Of a stretch of DNA of 46,724 bases, positions 9,819-20,010 are shown one piece after another. The position numbers and the translations under genes are program-made. Within the stretch, counting starts at the first letter, position 1, and each line of letters opens with the position of its first letter. The stretch is from IMG/VR virus record IMGVR_UViG_2579778634_000020. One strand, written 5' to 3'. The stretch comes from a virus (Duplodnaviria > Heunggongvirae > Uroviricota > Caudoviricetes). Under the pieces are notes generated by a model. It was given only the letters and a program-made list of their open reading frames with translations. It had not been told where the DNA came from and did no database searches.

Positions 9819-12800
9819 TTAACATTCCCCCATCACGTCGCATATTTAACAGATTGCCCTGCACCCGCTGATCAACCATCCCCATAAGTGCTTTTATTGC
9901 CTGAGGGCCAATCTCTCCATTCTGGCCGTCATTTTGAATAGTGATTTGGTATACAGGGGCATAGGTAATATCTCCGCCTCCATTACCACTTTTACTATTA
10001 ATAGCTCTGACACCAAGAGAACCATCGGAAGTTCGTGTTAATGGCATAATGGCTTCCGGTCCAGCCTCACCAAAAACACCAGCCCCTTTTGCAAAAGCAA
10101 AAAATTGCGGGGAATCATAAATACCGTTCGAATACGTGCTCAATGACGGAGACTCATAAACACCGCCCTTTGCATTCGGAATAAATTTACTAATAGCACT
10201 CCCGATAGTTCCTAAAATCCCCCCAGAAGAACTGTTACTAATGCTGTCGAAAATCCCAGTAATTGAAGCCTTTAATGCTATTCGACTAAGATCCGAAATC
10301 ACGGAAGTAGCGAAAGAACGAAAATTTGCCTTGCCTGTCGTGACAAAATCACCCAGCGCATCGGTCATCCCATCAAACATCTGAGTCGTGGTTGATTTTA
10401 TCTGCTCACTGATATCCTTAGTGTCATCCAGCCAGTTATTGAATCCCTGGGAGGCACCACTAACCCAGTCTCCTGCCTGAATATCGAGCTGCTCGTTTTT
10501 CTGTCTGACAATTTCTTTTTCCCGTTCCAGAGCATCATTCAGAGCCTGCATTTTCTCTTGAAAAACATGATCTGACATTCCACGGGATTTATCTGCATAG
10601 TCACGTTCAAGTTGCAGACGCTGATTGTTATATCCATGTTCAATCCGCAGTAATTCCTGCTGGCGTTGCTGATTTTTATCGCCAACCCCATAACCAGCAA
10701 TCTGAATATCATACCCCTGCTGACGATTATCAATCGAAGCCTGCAATGAATCACGCCATGCTGTTATTTCGGCGGATTCCTTGATTAGCCTGTTATTCTT
10801 TTCAATCGCAACATTTTTCTCCATCAACGCGGTTATTTCTTCCCGGTGTAAGAGAAGCGATTTCTGATCCTGGGTTAATTTCGATGATGGTCGTGACTCC
10901 AGGTCGGCAATCCGCTGACGCCACTTAACCAGTTCCTGTTCAGAGGAACTTAATTTAACGGTCAACTCAGCTTGTGAACTTAGTAACGCATTCTGTTGAT
11001 TCAGATGATCAATCATTCGTTGGGCTGCATCATCAGAATAACCTTTCGCCTTTGGTTGCTTTGGATCTTTATAACGCTCATTTATTTGAGCGATAAGATT
11101 ATTATATTCTTCCTTTGAATACTGATTCTTTAGCTTTTCCAGTTTTGCAAGTTCACTAGCTCTCTGCTGCTCCCGGGTCTGATATTGTTTTGAAAAGGCA
11201 TCTGCTCTCTGTCTGAGTTCAATTCCTTCCTGTTGTCGCTTGTTGTAATCGTTTATTGATGAATTTAGTACGTCCTGAGCAATTTTTTCTGCTTGAAGTA
11301 CGCCCAATTGCTGCTTTAATCGTGCCAGCCTTTTATTTTGAGCTCCGCCATCTCCAATGCCACCTAACCCGAAAACTCCGGGTCGGGTATTTTTTTCTAT
11401 TTCATCAATTTGACGGAGAACATCTGAGATTTTTTGATCAAGGGAGGCCTCACGGCCAATATCCAGCATGGAATCCCATGCCCATTTTGCGGAGTCTGCG
11501 ACAGCTTTCCATGCAGTCTCAAGATAACCAAGATTTTCTTTAATCTGGTTGGTGCGCTGGATCATTGAGGATGAGTATTCTTCTGTCGCAATGCGGGCGG
11601 CCTCCTGCTGGTTCCCTTCATCCTGTAGCGCCTTAATCTGGTTATAAGTCGCAAGTGTCAGAAAATGGTACTGATCATTAAGTTTTGATATGGCACTGAC
11701 AGGATCCTTTGCAATTTCATTGAAGTCATTAACCAGTTGTTCGGTTGATATTCCTGTTACTTCGCTCGTTTTTACTATCGCTGTCGTCACTTGCTCCAGC
11801 GAACTGCTCGCTACCTTTCCCGAACGCACAAGCTGATTTAATACTGCCGCCGCAGCACCAGTTGTCGAATCAGCCGCATTCCCGGCACGTTGAGCTATAT
11901 CGCCCAATTGCCCGCTGGTTGTCCCCAACTGATTTCCGGTAAGAATAAGAGATTTATTAAATTCGTCCTGCTCCTGAGAGCCTTTATAGTAAGCCAGTCC
12001 TAAGACCCCAACGGCTGCTGCGGCCAGGGTAAAAGGATTAATTAATCCCAGCACATAAGAACCTACACCTTTGATCGCCGGGCCAATCCCACCGAACATA
12101 TCTTTTAGCTGGCCGCCCTGCTGCATTAACACCATAAATGGCGACTGACCAGTGGACAACCCAACAACAATATCCGTCATTTGTGCAGGCAACATGCGCA
12201 TAGCAAAAGCCGTTTGTTTTGCCGACATTCCGGTTTTGCTTAATTGTGATTGGGTAACCTCAAGCTCACTCCGCATAGCACGAAGTTTTCCAGAAAGCTC
12301 CTCATACATTTCAGGAGAAAGCATCCCCTTAGCTTTTGCTTCATTGAGCTGTTTCTGTTGTTCTACCAGACGATTAAAAGCAGTTCCGACAGGATCAAGT
12401 TGAGCAATCAGACGTTGCAAAGCAACAACCTGTTCATCATGCGCTTTTGCTGCTTCTCGCTCTGCCTGAGCCTCTCCGGTAAGCTCTCGCCGTGTTTCCT
12501 GTATTTTTCGGCTATAATTCTCAAACTGAGAACCATTTATTTTCCCGGATGCAAACGCAGCATTAAGTTCATCATGCTGTTGTTCAAGATTTCTTAGCGC
12601 CGCAGCCAGAGGGTCGATCTTGTCCAGCATTCTTTGAAAGGCCTGAGCCTGCGCTTCCTGCTGGGCGGCAGCAAGTTTTCCGGCCTTCTCGGCTTCTCTC
12701 TGCGCTTGCGCAACCCCGCTCAATTCCTCTGTGGTTTCATTAAGTTTACGGACAAGAAATTCATATTCTTCTTTATCAATAAGCCCTTTATCGAAAAATT

Positions 12801-13044
12801 TCTTTAATTCAGAATAGCGTCGACCGACAGTATCAATTGCGGCACCAACTGGATCAATAGCTGCTTTTAATTTTGCGAGCGCGTTCTTCTCATCTTCTGT
12901 TGCCTTAGTCACTTTCCCTGCGCTATTTGCAGCAGTTTCCCCAGCCTGCGTCATTTTGACTAATGAGGAGGTCAGATTGTCAGCATTATTTTTCGCTCCA
13001 GTGCTATCAATAATTATTGCGAGACGCGAGGTTTGCTCTGCCAT
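9811..13044 (-). CDS. Tail tape measure protein (coiled-coil rich)
   Basis: 1077 aa with repeated coiled-coil segments. Located between the G/T chaperones and M. RBS AGGAG at 9 nt. Confidence 0.9.
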
Positions 13045-13064
13045 TTATTAAAACTCCTGACAAC

Positions 13065-13086
13065 AAAAAACCCACCGCGAAGTGGG
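13065..13086 (-). terminator. Hairpin + U6 (CCCAC-UUCGCG-GUGGG-UUUUUU) immediately upstream of the tape-measure RBS, in an unusually long 165-nt intergenic gap
   Basis: Seen in sequence. Confidence 0.4.
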
Positions 13087-13209
13087 TTTCAGGCGACATA
13101 ATAGTAGATATAGCGATTACGAGGCCACGCAATGCTTTTCTCCAGGAGCATCATCGATTTAATTAAAGACACCATCACATCTCTGTAACAGAGTGTACGT
13201 AATTAACAA

Positions 13210-13443
13210 CTACACACACTGCTCCTGAAAATACTGGTCATCCAGTGCAAAGATCACTGCTTCAAATTCATCGCGCTCAATCAATACCGGATGAGTGGCT
13301 AAATATTCATTTATCTCTGTCAGAGATAAAGGCAAAGGCACCCCAGCCATTCCAGCATAACGTCGGGCACGGGATATTACCGAATAGGCGTACAACAACT
13401 CCTTAAGCACCGGGTCTATTTCTGGTTCCGGTATCGGTGGCAA
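13210..13443 (-). CDS. T-like C-terminal extension of the tail assembly chaperone, expressed only as a G-T fusion via a -1 frameshift. It has no independent ATG; the ORF-finder start is a TTG.
   Basis: This frame is open without stops from the slippery site at 13530 down to 13213. It is the -1 frame relative to 13518..13979. Confidence 0.7.
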   Translation of the reverse strand: MPPIPEPEIDPVLKELLYAYSVISRARRYAGMAGVPLPLSLTEINEYLATHPVLIERDEFEAVIFALDDQYFQEQCV

Positions 13444-13517
13444 CCTGAGTTTTTCTCGCTTCCATCTTGCCTTTTCCCCCCTTTCTCCCCCGAACTCCGA
13501 TAACCACCGCTGGGCAG

Positions 13518-13979
13518 CTATGGCTTTTTTATCGTATCCTGCTTCTGCTGCTCTTTACCCTGGGCGATGCTGGCTGCTTCTGCAAGGATCTGCCAGTACA
13601 ACTCTGGATTCTGCTTAAGCAGCGCGATCCCTCGTTCTGCCGTATATTCCAGTGCAACCTCAACACCATTAACCAGTTCACCAACCCCTTTCCAGTCTTT
13701 CAGCAGATAACGAGCGGCATTATCAATGAGTAAATCATCAACAGAATCCACCTCGGAAACCTTTGAAATATCAAACTCCTTCGTTCCGACGTGCAAACTG
13801 GCATCCATTTTCTCAATGTGGCGACGGATTAATGCATTACGGGAGCGATACTGATCGTTATCGCTGCTTGCCACCAACAGTTTTAACCCGTCTACAGGTT
13901 TTAAGTCCTTCATTGGCGTAAACCAGCGTTCTCCACCAATGATAATTTTCTGATTAAGAATAAACATCCATAACCTCAT
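13518..13979 (-). CDS. Tail assembly chaperone (lambda gpG analogue)
   Basis: 153 aa and acidic. Located between the major tail protein and the tape measure. A slippery site sits at its 3' end. Confidence 0.75.
   Translation of the reverse strand: MRLWMFILNQKIIIGGERWFTPMKDLKPVDGLKLLVASSDNDQYRSRNALIRRHIEKMDASLHVGTKEFDISKVSEVDSVDDLLIDNAARYLLKDWKGVGELVNGVEVALEYTAERGIALLKQNPELYWQILAEAASIAQGKEQQKQDTIKKP
13524..13530 (-). promoter_or_regulatory. Programmed -1 ribosomal frameshift slippery heptamer A_AAA_AAG, two codons before the chaperone stop
   Basis: Seen in sequence: minus strand ...GAT ACG ATA AAA AAG CCA TAG. The X_XXY_YYZ heptamer is in the zero frame and the -1 frame continues open into 13210..13443. 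Analogous to lambda G/GT. Confidence 0.75.
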
Positions 13980-14027
13980 TCAATGCGTCCCCCTGTAGGG
14001 CAGTACCACAGGAGGAATAACGGAAAA

Positions 14028-14990
14028 TCAACTAATCGCCTCAGCACTGGCTTTTGCGATCACGGCAGCCGGGGAATTTTTTTTTCTGGTTATCGTAGGT
14101 GCTTCATCTGCTGCGGTAATGCTCAATTGAACCTGGATAATGTCGCTATTACCCCCATCAGGCCATTCACCTGACACCTGAACCTTCGGGAAACTGAAAG
14201 TGTATGCCCCCTCTCCATTCGAAAGCGTGAAGCTGAACGGAACTGTTTCTCCAGTCAGTGTTTTACTCCAGATTTCCCACGCGGCTTTAGACCATGAAAG
14301 CGTCACCGTACCGGACGGTGTAAAAGTAGTCGGAATATTTGCTCCTGCATAAGGCGAGCCAGTCCCGATACAACGCTGTGTCTGGAGTTTGTTATCGAAC
14401 TGAATATCAAAACTGTCGATACAAAAACCGTTACCTCCGGCAACACCATTCAGGCTTACTGCTGAAACCTCCTTAAACGAATAACGTAGCTTTCCTGCAC
14501 TATCCACAGGTTCGCCTTTGATAAAATTCGTATCATCGGCCTTTGATTCCCAGTCCAGTCCGGCAAAGGTTACGGTCGCTGTAATATCGCCGTCGTTAGG
14601 GATCTGCATTTTCCATGAGCCAACCTGCGCTCCTCTGACGACAGAGGCAATTCCGACATCGGACGCATAGGTCGCCAGAGAAAATGTTATTCGCTCATTC
14701 CCCATTGTCAGAGAATCGCCTGACCATTCCGCGCCGAAACAGGATGCAAGAAAATCATCATGTTGACCCCAGCGAAATTTGGTACCAACATCACCGCCGA
14801 CATCCACAGTGCCAGGCGTCGCCCCCTGAGCCATCCGGGAGCCACCAATCTCATTATTTTCGCCTTTATTCTGGGTGGGTTTTACTCCCCAGCTTGTGCG
14901 TTTTAATAAACTCCAGTCACCACTTGCTGGCGTAGTGCCTGCAACCGTCTCCCGGATAAATGCCGAGATAACCTTTGCACCTGAACTCAC
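14028..14990 (-). CDS. Major tail (tube) protein
   Basis: 320 aa. Lies directly upstream of the G/GT chaperones, with Ig-like C-terminal sequence features. Confidence 0.7.
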   Translation of the reverse strand: MSSGAKVISAFIRETVAGTTPASGDWSLLKRTSWGVKPTQNKGENNEIGGSRMAQGATPGTVDVGGDVGTKFRWGQHDDFLASCFGAEWSGDSLTMGNERITFSLATYASDVGIASVVRGAQVGSWKMQIPNDGDITATVTFAGLDWESKADDTNFIKGEPVDSAGKLRYSFKEVSAVSLNGVAGGNGFCIDSFDIQFDNKLQTQRCIGTGSPYAGANIPTTFTPSGTVTLSWSKAAWEIWSKTLTGETVPFSFTLSNGEGAYTFSFPKVQVSGEWPDGGNSDIIQVQLSITAADEAPTITRKKNSPAAVIAKASAEAIS

Positions 14991-15016
14991 AGGAGCCTCC
15001 TATGTCATAAATTGCG

Positions 15017-15409
15017 CTAGAGCGCGCGATATGGAATTTGAAGATTAAGCTGGAACCAGCCATTCTTTTCGCCAACGGCTATTGAGGAAACAGCCTGGTA
15101 ACTGAGACGATCGTCATCCTGAAACTCAAACAGTTCCCGCAATTTATCGGCTGTCTCAGTAATGAGTTTTGAACCAGAACCTGCGGGGACAAATAACTGA
15201 ATAATGATTATCCCCGTGCGATAAACAATCGGCCCCGCGCCAATTTCATTAACTCCAGCCTGCCCGGGAATATTACTTAACCGCGCCCAGATTAACTTAC
15301 CGGAAGGATCGAACGTTGGCGCGTTCGGATACAATACGTCTTTTCCATCAATAATCGTCTGTGCCGTCATTCTGGAAATAACCGTATTTCTGATTTCAGT
15401 AAACGTCAT
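15017..15409 (-). CDS. Tail terminator / tail completion protein (gpU-like position)
   Basis: 130 aa. Assigned by synteny only. Confidence 0.5.
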   Translation of the reverse strand: MTFTEIRNTVISRMTAQTIIDGKDVLYPNAPTFDPSGKLIWARLSNIPGQAGVNEIGAGPIVYRTGIIIIQLFVPAGSGSKLITETADKLRELFEFQDDDRLSYQAVSSIAVGEKNGWFQLNLQIPYRAL

Positions 15410-15786
15410 TTGTAAGCCTGTAAAACACCATGAAAAGCGTTGGCATACACGCCAGTTGGCGCTTGTTGTGAATGACCGTTTTCAAGAATCTCTGCATAAG
15501 GAAGGTTATTCTGGATATAAATAACTCCGTAATTTGCAGCTTTCGAAATAACCCCGATCCCACGCTGAACCGCAATCGTACCGTTCGGATCCACGTTATC
15601 AGATATACCAAAATCGGGATGCTGTAACGACACCAGGTTGTTATTTCTGAAACGTCCGGTATCAACCGGAGTAGCAATATCAATAGCAGTAAGAATCTGC
15701 ATAGCGATGTAGCGAATTTTCAGCCCCACATCTTCCTCAATCATCCCGGCAAATATTGACGGTTCTATATCCCATGCCTTTGCCAT
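15406..15786 (-). CDS. Head-tail joining / neck protein
   Basis: 126 aa. Translationally coupled within the connector gene block. Confidence 0.5.
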   Translation of the reverse strand: MAKAWDIEPSIFAGMIEEDVGLKIRYIAMQILTAIDIATPVDTGRFRNNNLVSLQHPDFGISDNVDPNGTIAVQRGIGVISKAANYGVIYIQNNLPYAEILENGHSQQAPTGVYANAFHGVLQAYK

Positions 15787-16170
15787 TTACGCTCTCCTTA
15801 ACTGGATAGAGTAAACTGATGCGGAAGGATCTACACTCGCTGTAATTACCTCGTATCGTTGTAACTGCCTTAATACAGGATCATAAATCTCAATAATATG
15901 GTCGACAGCGGGTTTATCCGTAACCTCGCATACCAGAGCGGTTAATTTAAGGTCACCATGCAAAATATTAATCCCATCAATTCTGCCCAGCTTATAACGT
16001 GTCAACACGCCTCGCCCGGTATAGATTGCGGTGGATTCGCCACCAGTTTCCGTCACAGGATCCCAGTGCCGGTGCGTAACGTAAGAACCAGAAAAATCAC
16101 TCACGGCGTCCGCTAAATCCTCATCAAAAGCAGCGGCAACCTCTGACTGAATCTCTTCACGAAGCCCCAT
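15787..16170 (-). CDS. Head-tail adaptor / head completion protein
   Basis: 127 aa. Assigned by synteny only. Confidence 0.45.
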   Translation of the reverse strand: MGLREEIQSEVAAAFDEDLADAVSDFSGSYVTHRHWDPVTETGGESTAIYTGRGVLTRYKLGRIDGINILHGDLKLTALVCEVTDKPAVDHIIEIYDPVLRQLQRYEVITASVDPSASVYSIQLRRA

Positions 16171-16565
16171 TATCCCCCCCTCACAACCCTGACTTGTGAG
16201 CGACTAAGTCCGTACGGTTTCAGCAGTGCTATCGCAAGCTGTAAATCGGGTTCAAGCAATGCAGTGCTGTTTGCTGGCAACTCAGCAAATGATTTCGATA
16301 CACTGACCCCGTCAGCCGACACGGCTTTACTGATAACAACGCCAGAATCATTTTTCTGCTGAAACAACTTACCGAATGAGGCAATTCTGGCTGCATATGC
16401 TCCCGCAAGTTTTACCTCTTCCGGAATACGGGATGGGTTAATTTTCAGGTTGAAGCCATTAAGCCAGGCATTAGCCATTAAAACAGCTTTATTTTTAGCG
16501 TTCTCACTCGTCCAGCCGTTCCCAAACGCATTATCAACGTCATCACAGGTCACGTAAGTGATCAT
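16170..16565 (-). CDS. Head-tail connector protein
   Basis: 131 aa. Start overlaps the preceding stop (ATGA). Confidence 0.45.
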   Translation of the reverse strand: MITYVTCDDVDNAFGNGWTSENAKNKAVLMANAWLNGFNLKINPSRIPEEVKLAGAYAARIASFGKLFQQKNDSGVVISKAVSADGVSVSKSFAELPANSTALLEPDLQLAIALLKPYGLSRSQVRVVRGG

Positions 16566-16568
16566 GTG

Positions 16569-16745
16569 TTACTCCTGAGTTTTCCAGCCCATAGCCTTCC
16601 AGTTGTCAACTTCATCAGGATGAACATTAGCGATAGTTGGTGCGCCGGGAAACATCTGATAATCGGTCACCATAACCACTAACTCAATTTGCGTTTTTTG
16701 TGCGGCTTCACGCTGTGCTCTTTGCTCTTTAGTTAATCCGGCCAT
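16569..16745 (-). CDS. Small structural-module protein (58 aa), not in the ORF track because it is under 60 aa
   Basis: Strong RBS GGAGG 5 nt before the ATG. MAGLTKEQRAQREAAQKTQIELVVMVTDYQMFPGAPTIANVHPDEVDNWKAMGWKTQE. Its stop is coupled to the next gene. Confidence 0.6.
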   Translation of the reverse strand: MAGLTKEQRAQREAAQKTQIELVVMVTDYQMFPGAPTIANVHPDEVDNWKAMGWKTQE

Positions 16746-16787
16746 ATGCCCTCCATTAAAAATGGGGCCGAAGCCCCGTTTGAATGT

Positions 16788-17927
16788 TTAACCAAGAATC
16801 AGACAACCATGTGCCGGCTTCACTGATGAAACACCCCATGCCAGTCCAACTTCATAGCGCACCTGGCGATACTGACGATACAGTGCAATCTGGAACGTAA
16901 TCCCTGAAATCGGGTCCGTAACATTCATTACATCATCAGCATTATCGCCACCTTCCGGCATTGCCGGAGTACGGGATGCCAGCAGAAACGCGTTGCGATC
17001 AAACGCCATATTTGCAGTAAAGGAGCCAACAACTGTGATTGCAGTATCATCGGCCAGATCCTGACGCAGTCCGGGCGCTGCAAGAGTAATCAGATTGCTG
17101 GTCGCTGCTGCCACAACATACTGATTCGGATCGCCAGCGAACGTAACAATCTGACCTGCAGAAATACTCCCCGAACCAGTATCAATGGAAATAAGAACAT
17201 CGCCTTCTTTTTTCTCGCCATTCACGAGATAACCAGTTGCAGCAACCTTTGGCGCTCGTTTTACACCTGCCGAACTGTGAATATTGAATCCCTCCAGACG
17301 CCCCAACACGCCCTCACGCAGTAGCTGTTCAGTGCCGGATTCATTCACTTTAAACAGTACAGACTGTTTTCCGCGCAAATTAGCAATGGCAGTGGAGCCA
17401 AGCACCATCTGCAGATCGGTTGTCGGTGCGCCGTTATCCTCCAGAACCTGACGAGCCAGAGCAGCATCAGAAAGATCATCTTTAACACCAAACGGCGTTG
17501 TCCCTGCGGTTCCCACGGCGCGGGAAGCACCGAAATACAACGCACCAAGATCAGCCTCAACCTCGTTTGCAAGGGCGCGAAAAGCCTGCTTGAACTGATC
17601 AGCAAGAATGGTGTTGTAAGTCCCTGAAGGGCCAAGAGCCAGTTGTTCTTCACCATTCCATTTAACCGGTGCCATTTTGGATTTAGTAATTTTCACATCA
17701 ACAGTGCCAATATTTTGATCACCGGTATTCGGAGCTGACGGCCCCGGTACGATATCTTCGGTTTTCGCCTCAGGCGCAACTGGCGCGGTTACCGTCTGAT
17801 CTTTTGCTGCGGCGTCAGCTTTTGCGTTTTTTGCTACCGCAGGGATAAAACCTACCTGCTCACGGGATACAATATCCAGGGCGGTATAAATAGTCGGGAT
17901 CAACCCGGTCAGGGTATTTCCAGCCAT
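16788..17927 (-). CDS. Major capsid protein. The likely start is MAGNTLTG; the ORF-track N-terminal extension to 18020 lacks an RBS.
   Basis: 379 aa, with RBS AAGGA upstream of the internal ATG at 17927. Located directly downstream of the scaffold. Confidence 0.8.
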   Translation of the reverse strand: MAGNTLTGLIPTIYTALDIVSREQVGFIPAVAKNAKADAAAKDQTVTAPVAPEAKTEDIVPGPSAPNTGDQNIGTVDVKITKSKMAPVKWNGEEQLALGPSGTYNTILADQFKQAFRALANEVEADLGALYFGASRAVGTAGTTPFGVKDDLSDAALARQVLEDNGAPTTDLQMVLGSTAIANLRGKQSVLFKVNESGTEQLLREGVLGRLEGFNIHSSAGVKRAPKVAATGYLVNGEKKEGDVLISIDTGSGSISAGQIVTFAGDPNQYVVAAATSNLITLAAPGLRQDLADDTAITVVGSFTANMAFDRNAFLLASRTPAMPEGGDNADDVMNVTDPISGITFQIALYRQYRQVRYEVGLAWGVSSVKPAHGCLILG

Positions 17928-18025
17928 AATTAAATATTCCTTAAAAATTTGCGTAATTGTGAATAGATGGAGTAATGAGCTATCCAGCCCTGACACCAGC
18001 TCCCATCCGGAAGCTGACAAATGTG

Positions 18026-18790
18026 TTAATCAACAATTGTGATACCGTCTTTCAATGCGTTTTGCTTACCTGCAATATCCAGTGCATCAAAAGCAGAGCG
18101 TTTCATCGTTTTCTGACCAATATCATGCTGTGTCGGACGGGAGCCGCCGCCATTGTTGCCACTGGCTTTCAGGATGTAGTCTTTCTGAGGGTAATTTTCG
18201 ACGAGGAACTCCAGCGCCTCATCAAACTGCGCCAGTTCGCCAGGCTTCGCGCGGGAATAAATTTTGTTGCCGGAAGCGTCATAAGCAACGATCTTCCCTT
18301 CTTCCACTTTGAATGCCTGCCCGAAGCGGGCTTGTAATAAATCTGCCGGGATCGCAATTTTATCGGCAATATATTTTGAACCCGCAAAACTACCGCCAAT
18401 CATAGAATCGTAAAGCTGCGTCTCCAGCATCTGAGAGCGTTGCTTTTCTTCATCTAATTGCTGCTGAAAATTTTTCGTAATTTCTGCCTTAACCTGGTCA
18501 ACCTGTCCCGCATCGAGCAGCTTTTTCTGGTCGATTTTTGACAGCATTTCCAGTGCCTCGATCGCCTTCTTCGGGTCTTCGATAGCGGCAAACTTAGCCA
18601 GTTTTTCCTCTGCAGCTTCTTTAGCCAGGCGATGATTTTTTGCCTCGCCATTAAGCTCTGTAATTTTTTTTGTCGCCAGCGGTGCATCGAAGCCAATTTC
18701 TTTACCATCGTCGTGCACATAAACTGGCAGGCCAGCAGTATCAATTTCTGCGTATTGTTTTCCGTTAATCTCGACCGTTTTCAGTTTCAT
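18026..18790 (-). CDS. Scaffolding protein (coiled-coil). Start taken at MKLKTVEINGK.
   Basis: Coiled-coil rich, lying between the head-morphogenesis and capsid genes. The ORF-track start at 18862 is a GTG inside the upstream hairpin and is unlikely to be used. Confidence 0.65.
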   Translation of the reverse strand: MKLKTVEINGKQYAEIDTAGLPVYVHDDGKEIGFDAPLATKKITELNGEAKNHRLAKEAAEEKLAKFAAIEDPKKAIEALEMLSKIDQKKLLDAGQVDQVKAEITKNFQQQLDEEKQRSQMLETQLYDSMIGGSFAGSKYIADKIAIPADLLQARFGQAFKVEEGKIVAYDASGNKIYSRAKPGELAQFDEALEFLVENYPQKDYILKASGNNGGGSRPTQHDIGQKTMKRSAFDALDIAGKQNALKDGITIVD

Positions 18791-18850
18791 ATTAGTACCT
18801 GGTTTAAGTCTTCCGACAGTTACGCTGCTCACCATCCGGATCGCAGCAAT

Positions 18851-18874
18851 AAAAAAGGCCACCCGAAGGTAGCC
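18851..18874 (-). terminator. Intra-operon hairpin with a UUCG tetraloop + U6 (GGCUACC-UUCG-GGUGGCC-UUUUUU) between the head-morphogenesis and scaffold genes
   Basis: Seen in sequence: 7-bp stem with one G-U pair. Confidence 0.5.
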
Positions 18875-18894
18875 TGTTGTAATAAATGATTTAT

Positions 18895-20010
18895 TTAAAT
18901 CCCTGCTTTTCTGAATACCTGTGCATCACGCTCACGGAGCTGCTTCAGCGTCAGCCATTCGCCTTTATCGGTGTAAAATTCATCTGGCGACATACCACCA
19001 TCCCGAATCAGCTTTGCTCGGGTTTCCCCCACAATCTGTTTTTGTCTGGTGTAAGGCTGACGCAAAAACCATTCCCTGTAGGTTGTATCTCCGGCCACCA
19101 CGCCATCCATGCTGGCCCGCTCAGCCGGGGAAATATCGCGAACATCAATACCCAGTTCCTTCGCTGATTTCAGAATGAACGTTTCCGTTGAGCGGCAGCA
19201 GAAATGAATTTTTCCCGGCCCCTGCAAATAAGGCACGCTGTGACCTACAGGTTTATTATTCAGCGTATATTTGAGGCGATCCCTGATTCGACATTGTGGC
19301 GTAGTACGATTATCAAGCGTTGATAACCATTGCTTACCCTTAATCAAATCATTATTCGCGCTGGCAAAACTCTCACGGGCAGTAGCAGCAAGATGTCCAA
19401 CCGCTGTTTTTGCAATGCTGGCCGCATTAGCCCGGCTCATCTGCAATGCACCATCCTGAAATCCCTTACTGACATGTCCCCGAATTTTTCTTGCGATCTG
19501 CTCATTGGTATCCCCCAGCAAAAAACCCTGACGCACTGTATTTGTTATGCGTCTGAGCCGATCCGCCTCAAGATCTGAGGCCCACTCACTGAGCAGTCGT
19601 CCCTGGAATGGTCGCGCCATTGCAGCGGCATAAAGTGCATCAGGAGAGATACCAACCAGAGGGTGAACATCAGCAACAAAATCAGGTAGCATAGAATCAA
19701 ACAGACTTAACTGATAACCAGCCTCATAAATTGCCAGCTCGTTCAGCTCTCCGGAGAGACGGGTAAACATGCTGTTAATAGCAGCGCGGTTAACCTCTCT
19801 GACACTCGCCAGAAGTGACTCCAGGCGCGTAACGGTAAAACTACCAGGATCGAGGCTGTCCAGTGCTACCAGCAGGCGAGCTGTAAGCTCCGCATCGCTG
19901 TCATTCAGTATTTTCACCATTCTGGCAGCCACACCAGTGCTATAGCGGGATATCCAGACTGCATGAGCAATTGATTCATCACGCAGCCGTTCATTCACGG
20001 TTTGCATCAT
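18895..20010 (-). CDS. Head morphogenesis / minor head protein (SPP1 gp7 / Mu gpF family)
   Basis: 371 aa, immediately downstream of and overlapping the portal gene. Confidence 0.65.
   Translation of the reverse strand: MMQTVNERLRDESIAHAVWISRYSTGVAARMVKILNDSDAELTARLLVALDSLDPGSFTVTRLESLLASVREVNRAAINSMFTRLSGELNELAIYEAGYQLSLFDSMLPDFVADVHPLVGISPDALYAAAMARPFQGRLLSEWASDLEADRLRRITNTVRQGFLLGDTNEQIARKIRGHVSKGFQDGALQMSRANAASIAKTAVGHLAATARESFASANNDLIKGKQWLSTLDNRTTPQCRIRDRLKYTLNNKPVGHSVPYLQGPGKIHFCCRSTETFILKSAKELGIDVRDISPAERASMDGVVAGDTTYREWFLRQPYTRQKQIVGETRAKLIRDGGMSPDEFYTDKGEWLTLKQLRERDAQVFRKAGI

Noticed and set aside
15396-15683. 95-aa ORF in an alternative frame overlapping the 15406..15786 connector gene
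   Set aside because: The alternative frame of a coupled structural gene block. The 126-aa frame fits the stop/start coupling with its neighbours.
18632-19178. Plus-strand ORFs of 85-93 aa spanning the scaffold and head-morphogenesis genes
   Set aside because: Antisense to the structural operon and crossing an intergenic terminator hairpin. Spurious.
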